From Fibrobacter succinogenes subsp. succinogenes S85 (lineage in GTDB: Bacteria > Fibrobacterota > Fibrobacteria > Fibrobacterales > Fibrobacteraceae), in the NCBI RefSeq assembly GCF_000146505.1, contig NC_017448.1, forward strand, positions 1,620,001 through 1,652,000: a DNA stretch of 32,000 nt, read 5' to 3'. Positions 24,777 through 32,000 of this stretch are shown piece by piece. Below the pieces are notes generated by a model. It worked only from the letters and a program-made list of their open reading frames with translations, was not told the origin of the DNA and made no database searches. The position numbers and the translations under genes are program-made. Numbering within the stretch: position 1 is the first letter of the stretch; each line of letters opens with the position of its first letter.

Positions 24777-25607
24777 TTAACTTTCTAACATCTTTATTTT
24801 CAATCCATTAAACGCACAGCAAATTTTTACAAAAATAGCATTAAAGTGTCTGTACGTTCTCAAATAGTACGCAAAACTTTCGTTGTTTATGGATATAATT
24901 TTCTTTAGCTTAATGTTTGATTTTACAACTTTAGAGTGATTGTGAATTATAGACGAATTCAAGCAACAAGCACACTTATACCCCAATGAATTCATTTTTT
25001 CGGCCAGAATAAACTCTTCACAATACAAAAAAGTCGTCTCATCCATATAGTCCACAGCCTTCATGACATTCAGTTTTAACATCATGCAGCAGCCCTGCGG
25101 GCGATACACATAACCATAACCACCTAAATCAACAACCTTACGACCTTTTCTTTTATAATTCAGCAATCCTAAAGTAAAATCCCAAAATGAAGGCTTGATG
25201 CTATCCCGATTAAACAGATGCCCTTCAGGTGAGTAAATATCAGGACTTACCGCACCTACCGATTTGTCTTTTTCAAAAACAGAAACAAGCTTATCCAGTA
25301 AAAATTCGTCTTCTACAATGATGTCATTATTTATAACCAAAGCATAATCATACCCGTTTTCGTTGGCATATTTCAAGCCAATGTTGTTCCCAGCTGCATA
25401 ACCACCATTCCTTAATGATCTAATAAAAACAAAATTGTCCTTTGACTTTTTTTCGAGATTTTCGGCAGAATCATTAGGAGAACAATTATCGACAACAATG
25501 ATATCCTGAGAGTGAAGACCAAGCTTTTTTTTGCAAACTTCAACTTCTTCTAAAGTATCCTTCCAGGACACATAATTCAAAATAATAGCCGCAATTTTTC
25601 TTTTCAT
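24777..25607 (-). CDS. Family 2 glycosyltransferase
   Basis: IAAIILNY...IIVVDNCSPNDS...NGGYAAGNNIGLKYA. The ATG is at 25607; the track start at 25613 is a TTG. Confidence 0.85.
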   Translation of the reverse strand: MKRKIAAIILNYVSWKDTLEEVEVCKKKLGLHSQDIIVVDNCSPNDSAENLEKKSKDNFVFIRSLRNGGYAAGNNIGLKYANENGYDYALVINNDIIVEDEFLLDKLVSVFEKDKSVGAVSPDIYSPEGHLFNRDSIKPSFWDFTLGLLNYKRKGRKVVDLGGYGYVYRPQGCCMMLKLNVMKAVDYMDETTFLYCEEFILAEKMNSLGYKCACCLNSSIIHNHSKVVKSNIKLKKIISINNESFAYYLRTYRHFNAIFVKICCAFNGLKIKMLES

Positions 25608-26211
25608 AAACAAGCCCTAAAGAGCTTTAGACCCTATCATCTACACCCATTTCCGCGCAACAGGTGCAACTTACAATAGCAACATTGCCAACAACTGCAA
25701 TACTCATCTCAAACTTCAAGATACCTAGCAGTAAAAATAATTATTTGCAAGAAACCTACAAAAACAAAGTTCGAAAAAACGTAAAAATACGCAATTCTTT
25801 TTTGCAAAAAAGACTAGACAATGACAGACCACACCCAGTGGTCGAAGGAAGGAATCATTTACAAAATACAGCCTTTTAAGTAATCTTCAAAATACATCTG
25901 CAGTCCCTCTGCCATAGGCGAAGATTACGACAAACAACCAAAGAGCTCTAGTGAGCTGTTGAAAAGTTCAAGATATTGTTTAGTTGTCCAAAACAAGAAT
26001 TATTTCTCTAAACAGAATTTCACGAGTCTGAATTTCAGTATTTTTCAAATCCCAATCTACTTGAATCAGTTGTTAGATATTTTATATGTAATCAAATACA
26101 GCATAAAGAACAAGCCCTTTTTTATAATACCTTACCATGTAAAAGGGAGGTATTGACAAACAATAACAGAGAGCATACATTACATACTGTAATGTATAAA
26201 AAGTGGATAAA

Positions 26212-27552
26212 ATGCAATACGACTCAATAATCAATACAGGAGAATCCTCCACCGCCGAATTCAAGTCATCCTTTAACCAAGAGGTAATCGAAGCTGTCGG
26301 AGCTTTTGCAAATAAGAATGGTGGAATCATAATCATCGGATTAAAGTCTAGCAGCAAGGTATTAGGCGTCCAACTTGCTGAAGAATCCCTGCAAAAGTGG
26401 CTCAACGAAATCAAGAGCAAGACTGAACCAGTGCTGGTTCCCGATATTGAGACTGTAAAGTACAAAGGTAAGACGCTTGTCGCGATAACGTTCAAGGAAA
26501 GCCCAATTAAGCCGGTCGCTGTGCAGGGACGTTATTTTATTAGGCACGAAAACAGCGTTCATGTAATGAGCCCAACCGAAATCGGGGATTGCACGTTGCG
26601 CACTCAGAATTCAAGCTGGGATTTCGTTCTTGACGATTCTAGTTCAATGGACGATATATCCCTCAAAAAGGTCGTGCAGAGTATACAGCGAATAAACCAA
26701 CGTGGATACCATATATCCAAGGATCCCCTTGAATTTTTGCGTAAGAATCGTTTGCTGCGGGACGGCAAATTGACATTCGCGGCCGAAATGCTCTTTGCCA
26801 AGGATTGGCATATAAATACAGCCGTGCAGATGGGATTCTTTCAGTCACCAACAATCATCAAGGACAAAGGTGAGGCTCATGGCGATTTGATAAGTCAGGT
26901 AGAAGAAATTTATGAGTTCGTGAAAAAACATATCAATTGTCAAGTTGTCATAAGCGACAAACTAGAAAACGACCTTGTTTGGGATTATCCGCTGAAAGCT
27001 ATTAGAGAACTCATCTTGAATATGATCGTCCATAGGGATTATCATTCAACTTCGGAATCTTGCGTGAAGGTTTTCGATGACCACATTGAATTTTTCAATC
27101 CCAGGAAACTGATGGACGGTCTGACAACCGATGATTTAAATTCTGGAAATTATCTATCGACTCTCAGAAACAAAGCCATCGCGAACCATTTTAACATGTT
27201 GGGTGAAATTGAAAAATACGGCTCAGGCATTACCCGTGTTATAGGTCTGTTTCAAGAAGCGGGATTGCCAACTCCATCAATTGAAGAAATTTGCGGCGGA
27301 ATACGGGTGACCGTGCAAAAAACTGTTAGTAAGGATACAGAAAAAGATACAGAAAAGGTTACAGAAAACCAAAGAAAGATCCTTTCCACAATAACGCAAG
27401 ATCCGCAAGCATCGCAAGAAAAAATTGCTTTGATTGTAGGAATTAATCGTGCCAATGTCGCCAAGAACTTGAAAAAACTTGTCGAAATGGGGCTTGTCAA
27501 ACGCGTCGGTCCGGACAAAGGCGGACATTGGGAAATAACAAGCAAAATCTGA
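26212..27552 (+). CDS. AlbA_2 (Schlafen-like) DNA-binding domain / ATPase-like / C-terminal winged-HTH protein
   Basis: The N-terminus GESSTAEFKSSF...AFANKNGGIIIIG is the AlbA_2 signature. The middle has ...ELILNMIVHRDY... and the tail has ...IALIVGINRANVAKNLKKLVEMGLVKRVG. The track start at 26203 is a GTG. Confidence 0.78.
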   Translation: MQYDSIINTGESSTAEFKSSFNQEVIEAVGAFANKNGGIIIIGLKSSSKVLGVQLAEESLQKWLNEIKSKTEPVLVPDIETVKYKGKTLVAITFKESPIKPVAVQGRYFIRHENSVHVMSPTEIGDCTLRTQNSSWDFVLDDSSSMDDISLKKVVQSIQRINQRGYHISKDPLEFLRKNRLLRDGKLTFAAEMLFAKDWHINTAVQMGFFQSPTIIKDKGEAHGDLISQVEEIYEFVKKHINCQVVISDKLENDLVWDYPLKAIRELILNMIVHRDYHSTSESCVKVFDDHIEFFNPRKLMDGLTTDDLNSGNYLSTLRNKAIANHFNMLGEIEKYGSGITRVIGLFQEAGLPTPSIEEICGGIRVTVQKTVSKDTEKDTEKVTENQRKILSTITQDPQASQEKIALIVGINRANVAKNLKKLVEMGLVKRVGPDKGGHWEITSKI

Positions 27553-27637
27553 AAATTAACTACGACGAACAAACCAAAGAGCACAAGTGCGTTATTGAAA
27601 AAATCGGGATATAGTATTTTTTTCTAAATTTGCGCGC

Positions 27638-28393
27638 ATGGCAGAAAAAAAGAAAATCCTCGTAATGGTCGCAAGCCCGAAGAATGAACGCAGTGGCACT
27701 CTCATCCCGACGAAGGCATTTGTCGAAGGGCTGGAGCAGAACGGCGACTACGAGACCGAGTATATTTTCATCGACAAGATGCACATCAAGCCGTGCCGCG
27801 GCTGTCTCAGCTGCTGGGGGCGCGAGGACGGTTCGTGCTTCATGAAGGACGACGACGTGCCGATGATCCGCGAAAAGCTCATCAATTCGGACATTGTCAT
27901 CTGGAGTTTTCCGCTGTTCCTGTTCAGCCTCCCAGGGCAGATGAAGGTACTGATGGACCGCATCGTGGGCATGGTACACCCGTACATGGGCCAAAAGCTC
28001 AAGGAAGGCGCCAACGCGCTGAATTCGCACTTGCACGGGTTGCAGTTCCAGAAGGAAGGGCAGAAGATTATTCTGCTTTCGAGCTGCGCATGGATGGATC
28101 TAGACGTGGTTTACGAACCAATCCGCAAGCAGTTCGACATCATCCTCGGACATGAGGGCTACACGCTTATCGCTTGTCCGCAGATGCGTGCGCTTGACCA
28201 CCGTGGCGGTCCGCGCCGTTTGAACATGCTCCGCGAAAAGTACCGTAAGGGCGGTGCCGAACTCGCTACGACGGGTAAGCTTTCGCAGGAAGCGATAGAC
28301 ATGATGCAGAAGCCGATTTTCAGCGAAGACGCTTACGTGACGCTTGTGACGGAATTCGTGACACACATGTTCGACCGCGACGATAATTTCTAG
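27638..28393 (+). CDS. Flavodoxin-fold NAD(P)H-dependent FMN reductase, iron-sulfur flavoprotein (Isf)-like
   Basis: KKILVMVASPK is followed by the compact Cys motif CRGCLSCWGREDGSC (Cx2Cx2Cx7C), then ...SDIVIWSFPLF. Confidence 0.72.
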   Translation: MAEKKKILVMVASPKNERSGTLIPTKAFVEGLEQNGDYETEYIFIDKMHIKPCRGCLSCWGREDGSCFMKDDDVPMIREKLINSDIVIWSFPLFLFSLPGQMKVLMDRIVGMVHPYMGQKLKEGANALNSHLHGLQFQKEGQKIILLSSCAWMDLDVVYEPIRKQFDIILGHEGYTLIACPQMRALDHRGGPRRLNMLREKYRKGGAELATTGKLSQEAIDMMQKPIFSEDAYVTLVTEFVTHMFDRDDNF

Positions 28394-28424
28394 TAAACAG
28401 TGGTTAGTGATTAGTAGTCAGGAG

Positions 28425-28454
28425 GCTCCCGCAAAGCGGGAGCGTTTCTTTTTT
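28425..28454 (+). terminator. Rho-independent terminator after the flavoprotein gene
   Basis: gctcccgc-aaa-gcgggagc followed by gtttctttttt. Confidence 0.8.
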
Positions 28455-28461
28455 GCAAAAA

Positions 28462-28485
28462 GAAAAACCCTGGCAGATGCCAGGG
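28462..28485 (-). terminator. Rho-independent terminator after rpsI
   Basis: The hairpin is ccctggc-agat-gccaggg. On the minus strand a U-run follows it (plus-strand aaaaa at 28463..28467). Confidence 0.75.
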
Positions 28486-28510
28486 TTTTCCGTAAAAGCA
28501 AAATCGCAGA

Positions 28511-28915
28511 TTAGCGCTTGCTGAACTGGAAGTGCTTACGAGCCTTCTTGCGGCCGAACTTCTTACGTTCAACGGCACGTGCGTCACGAGTCATGAGGCC
28601 TTCCTTCTTGAGAGCCGGCTTCACTTCTGCGTCGTTAGCAACGAGTGCGCGGGAGATGCCGAGACGGACAGCGCCCATCTGGCCAGCGATGCCACCGCCA
28701 CGAGCGGTAACTTCGACGTCCCATTCTTCAGCGTTGCCAAGGATGGCGAACGGAAGATTTGCAATCATGTCCTGCACTTCAGAATGGAAGTATTCCTTGA
28801 AATCACGACCATTGATAGTGCGCTTGCCGGAACCCGGCTTCAGAATCACAGCGGCGATGGCGTTCTTGCGACGGCCAGTGCCGCGGTAGATCTTCTTATT
28901 CTTTGCTGTAGCCAT
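28511..28915 (-). CDS. rpsI: 30S ribosomal protein S9
   Basis: 134 aa. It has ...TARGGGIAGQMGAVRLGISRAL... and the C-terminal ...RKKARKHFQFSKR. Confidence 0.95.
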   Translation of the reverse strand: MATAKNKKIYRGTGRRKNAIAAVILKPGSGKRTINGRDFKEYFHSEVQDMIANLPFAILGNAEEWDVEVTARGGGIAGQMGAVRLGISRALVANDAEVKPALKKEGLMTRDARAVERKKFGRKKARKHFQFSKR

Positions 28916-28933
28916 AGTTTTCTCCGTTCTAAA

Positions 28934-29362
28934 TTAAAGTTCTACGACTTCGGGTTTCTGGGCAGCGAACGGATGTTCGGCACCTGCAAAAATCTTGAGC
29001 TTCTTGATCATCTTGTGGCCAAGAGCGCTGTGCGGGAGCATGCCCCAAATGGCAGCTTCGAGCGGAGCAGTCGGGTTCTTTGCCAAGAGGTCAGCAAAGT
29101 TGATCCAACGTTCACCGGCGATGTGGCCAGTGTGGTGGAAATACTGCTTCTGGAGAGCCTTGTTGCCAGAAACGGCAACCTTTTCAGCGTTGATAACAAC
29201 CACGAAGTCGCCAGTGTCGACGTTCGGGGAATAGATGGCCTTGTGCTTGCCCATGAGGAGACGAGCAACTTCGCTTGCAACGCGTCCCATCGGCTTGTCA
29301 GCTGCATCCACAAGCTTCCACTTGCGGGAGACAGTCTTCGGGTTTACCGTAATGGTCTTCAT
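28934..29362 (-). CDS. rplM: 50S ribosomal protein L13
   Basis: 142 aa. ...RKWKLVDAADKPMGRVASEVARLLMGKHK...DTGDFVVVINAEKV... is typical, and the gene is upstream of rpsI as usual. Confidence 0.95.
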   Translation of the reverse strand: MKTITVNPKTVSRKWKLVDAADKPMGRVASEVARLLMGKHKAIYSPNVDTGDFVVVINAEKVAVSGNKALQKQYFHHTGHIAGERWINFADLLAKNPTAPLEAAIWGMLPHSALGHKMIKKLKIFAGAEHPFAAQKPEVVEL

Positions 29363-29498
29363 GTAAATCCTCTAGTGAGTGAAATTCCGGGGCAAAGGCG
29401 CCCCGAGAAAAGCAGAGTAAATTTAGATGATTTTCCGCAAGGGTTCAAGGGTAAAAAGGTGTAATTTTTGAAAAAAGTAGTATTTTCGCGGACTAGAT

Positions 29499-29518
29499 AT
29501 TCTATCAATTGATAGAAT
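29499..29518. promoter_or_regulatory. 20-bp perfect palindrome ATTCTATCAATTGATAGAAT upstream of rplM
   Basis: Direct reading. It lies about 137-156 nt upstream of the rplM start and about 55 nt downstream of the transporter stop. Its function is unknown (operator or AT-rich hairpin). Confidence 0.3.
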
Positions 29519-29571
29519 TGTATTAATTAGTATAGTAAAATTGATTATAGCCGCACCTCTCGTCTAAGCCC

Positions 29572-30630
29572 CTACTGCTTACTTTTCTCCTTGCGCATGG
29601 AGGCGAGAGCCTTGGACTTGCGGCGGGCGGTTTCCTGGAGGTTCACAGCCACATCAAATTCATCGACGATTTCGCGACCGAGGATTTCTTCAAGCACGTC
29701 TTCGAGACTCACGATGCCCGCAATCGCACCCCATTCATCAACAACGCCCACGATATGCCCACGCTGCTTGAGGAAACGCAACAACAACTTGTCGGTCATG
29801 AGGCTATCAGGAACGAGCTGCATCGGGCGCATGAGCTGGCGGAGTTTCACATCGCGATGGCCTTCGGCTAGCTGGTTGTACGCATCGCGGCGGAGCACAA
29901 TCCCAATCCAGTTGTCCTTTTTACCATCGTAAAGCGGCACACGCGAAAACGGCCAGTTGCCGCGCTCGTCAAGAGTCTCTCCAATCGTACTGTCGGCAGG
30001 GAGCGTAAACACGACCTGTCGTGGCGTCATCACGCGGCGCACCGGGAGCGACTTGAGCGAAAGGATGTTCTTGATGACAAGAGCCTGCTGGCGGTCAATC
30101 ACATCTTCGCGAAGCCCGAGACTCACAAGGCTATTGATGTCCTCGATACTCACGTCCTTCTTTTCTTTGTCTTCGTGCGTCCAGTGCTTGGTCAGCGTAA
30201 GGCAAAGCCAGATGATTCCCGTCCAGCTGAGGATTTTCGTGATGTAATAAAACGGCACAGCCACGAGCGGCGCACAGACTTTCGCCTGCTTCACACCGAG
30301 CGTCTTGGGAGTGATTTCGCCAAAGAGCAAAATGAGAATCGTGAGTATCACCGGCAAGAGCATCGCCGCCGAAGGCGACAAGCGCTTCACCGCCAAGGCA
30401 GTCGCCAAGGACGCGCCCACCGTATTCGCGACCGTATTCACCACAAGCACCGAAGCAATGTAGCGGTCGATGTTATCTTTCACGTGTTTCAGGTAACGTG
30501 CGGTAAATTTCTTTTGTCGCTCCAAGACTTCCACCGTCGAAGGCGGGACGCTATAGAACGAAGCTTCGGTCACAGAGCAAAACGCCGAAGCACCAAGACA
30601 AGCAAGAACAGTAATTACAATTTCAAACAT
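29572..30630 (-). CDS. CNNM/CorC-family transporter (DUF21 membrane domain plus CBS pair), short form
   Basis: The N-terminal TM region has ...FGEITPKTLG.... CBS-like segments are ...VMTPRQVVFTL... and ...VVDEWGAIAGIVSLEDVLEEILG. At 352 aa it has no obvious CorC_HlyC C-terminal domain. Confidence 0.82.
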   Translation of the reverse strand: MFEIVITVLACLGASAFCSVTEASFYSVPPSTVEVLERQKKFTARYLKHVKDNIDRYIASVLVVNTVANTVGASLATALAVKRLSPSAAMLLPVILTILILLFGEITPKTLGVKQAKVCAPLVAVPFYYITKILSWTGIIWLCLTLTKHWTHEDKEKKDVSIEDINSLVSLGLREDVIDRQQALVIKNILSLKSLPVRRVMTPRQVVFTLPADSTIGETLDERGNWPFSRVPLYDGKKDNWIGIVLRRDAYNQLAEGHRDVKLRQLMRPMQLVPDSLMTDKLLLRFLKQRGHIVGVVDEWGAIAGIVSLEDVLEEILGREIVDEFDVAVNLQETARRKSKALASMRKEKSKQ

Positions 30631-30654
30631 ATTTTCGCGCCTCCGGCGCAGTTA

Positions 30655-32000
30655 CTAAAGACCATCAATTAAAGTCGGCTCTATCGCCCAGAACTGTGTG
30701 CGTTCCATATCACGAATAAAGTCACCAAACGATTTCGTATTCACAAACGGCACCACAAAAGAATCTTCCGTATTCAACTGCATCAGTTCAATTTCAGTAG
30801 ACTTCGGGATATCGGCAAGCTTGCGGACTTCGTCAAGAGCGTCATCAAATCCACCCAAGCTATGCACAAGCCCGGCCTCTTTCGCTTTCCAGCCAACCAT
30901 CACGCGACCGCCGCCATACACAGAATCCACCACAGCTTGGTCAATTCCAGTCGCCTGCGAAACAACACCCGTAAAGCGATTGTAGAAGTCATCCATGTAT
31001 TCCTGAAGTGCCGCCTTTTCGGTATCCGTCCACGGGCGTGCAAAAGAGCGCGCATCCGAATAATCATTTGTCTTGACCGGTTCATTACGCAACCCAACTT
31101 TCTGCATCAAGCCAGACGCATCAATCTTACCGCCATAAATCCCAATGCTACCCACAATGGCAAATGGTTCTGCAATTATCTTGTCCGCACCGCATGCAAT
31201 GTAATAGGCGCCCGACGTTCCTGAACTTCCGATACTTGCAACAATGGGGATATCAAAGCGTCTCAAGTTCTTGAGCGCGCCCCAAATTTTATCGGACGCA
31301 ATGGCACTACCGCCCGGCGAACTAATTCGCACAAGCAAAGCCTTTACGCCCATACCTGGCAACCTGCGTAAGTTATCAAGAACAGATTCTTCCATGCGAG
31401 AATCAATCGTTCCGTTAATATTCAACAGCGCCACTTTTGCGCGATGGTTCCAGCTCTCGTCAAAAATTTTTGTATTCGACGGAGCCCAAGTCCTAAAGCC
31501 CGCATAAGGTGCATCAATATCAAAGAACGTCTTTAATGCGTAAGCGGGAACCTGGTCAATGTAAAGCAAAGTATCGGCAAGGCCCGCCTTTTTCGCTCCA
31601 ATCGCAGTAATCACAGGCTTTTGGGCGAGCTCATCCAGTTTTTCCGTATTCACCGGCGCAGTCCCAGTTTTCATGCGAGCGGCAACACGCATACGGACAA
31701 GTTCCCAAATATCCTTGTAAAGCGTTTCAATATTTTCACGGGCATTCACCGACATGGAATCAGCCGTATAAGGTTCCACCGCCGACTTGAATGCGCCATG
31801 GCGCAAAAATTCAACCTTGACACCTAGTTTGTCCAAAATGCCCTTATAGAACGTGATTCCGCCACCAAGCCCAAGCCATGTAAAATGGGCCGAAGGCTCC
31901 ACGACAACGCGGTCCACATTTGCAGCCGCCGTCAACACCGACGGACGGACATCATCCATGTAGGCAATTACGAGACCGCCACGCGCCTTGAGCTTTTTCA
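30655..32000 (-). CDS. sppA: Signal peptide peptidase SppA (S49 family), C-terminal part; N-terminus runs off the right edge
   Basis: ...LVRISSPGGSAIASDKIW... and ...VASIGSSGTSGAYYIACGADKI... are S49 motifs. The frame stays open upstream of the track Met (..KKLKARGGLVIAY-MDDV..) to base 32000. Confidence 0.85.
   Translation of the reverse strand, partial: KKLKARGGLVIAYMDDVRPSVLTAAANVDRVVVEPSAHFTWLGLGGGITFYKGILDKLGVKVEFLRHGAFKSAVEPYTADSMSVNARENIETLYKDIWELVRMRVAARMKTGTAPVNTEKLDELAQKPVITAIGAKKAGLADTLLYIDQVPAYALKTFFDIDAPYAGFRTWAPSNTKIFDESWNHRAKVALLNINGTIDSRMEESVLDNLRRLPGMGVKALLVRISSPGGSAIASDKIWGALKNLRRFDIPIVASIGSSGTSGAYYIACGADKIIAEPFAIVGSIGIYGGKIDASGLMQKVGLRNEPVKTNDYSDARSFARPWTDTEKAALQEYMDDFYNRFTGVVSQATGIDQAVVDSVYGGGRVMVGWKAKEAGLVHSLGGFDDALDEVRKLADIPKSTEIELMQLNTEDSFVVPFVNTKSFGDFIRDMERTQFWAIEPTLIDGL

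Noticed and set aside
25614-26202. Small ORFs 25664..25879 and 25959..26156 in the AT-rich gap
   Set aside because: They have no RBS, low-complexity AT-driven translations and no motifs. They are most likely non-coding promoter or spacer DNA.

Overview
The window is a chromosomal segment whose backbone is fairly GC-rich: hand counts of single 60-nt lines gave about 48-67% G+C. Core genes sit at both ends and in the middle. These are rpsB (partial), an etfB-etfA-acyl-CoA dehydrogenase operon, ugd plus a UDP-glucuronate 4-epimerase, an Isf-like flavoprotein, rplM-rpsI, a CNNM/CorC-type transporter and sppA (partial). Two AT-rich accessory blocks (about 30-37% G+C in sampled lines) interrupt this backbone.

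(1) Accessory hotspot, 4.6-12.9 kb. Its most notable part is a compact 4-kb minus-strand operon at 4912-8839. It encodes two tandem, unannotated Cys-rich peptides of 54 and 56 aa with C-x-C repeat cores. It also encodes a radical-SAM/SPASM maturase with an N-terminal RRE-like extension, and a soluble UvrA-family double-ABC ATPase that appears to lack the UvrB-binding domain. I read this as a candidate RiPP-type system with an unusual DNA-directed partner protein. It has no peptidase, exporter or regulator. The rest of the hotspot holds a PIN toxin-antitoxin pair, an orphan antitoxin, and an APH-like kinase with a GNAT. It also holds three copies of a structured GC-rich repeat and a diverged relic of the acyl-CoA dehydrogenase 3' end. 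That relic forms a roughly 88%-identical direct repeat with the end of the intact gene.

(2) Glycan island, about 15.5-25.6 kb. Its genes are of the teichoic-acid type: TagA/WecG, TagD, two TagB/F-like enzymes, Wzx, a Wzy-like protein and two GT2 enzymes. An AlbA_2/Schlafen-like ATPase-HTH gene follows it.

I recognised no rRNA, tRNA, CRISPR array, integrase or transposase. The taxon cannot be established without a search; gene content fits an anaerobic FCB-group organism such as Fibrobacter, but that is a guess. All calls come from reading the translations and sequence by eye. No database search was run.
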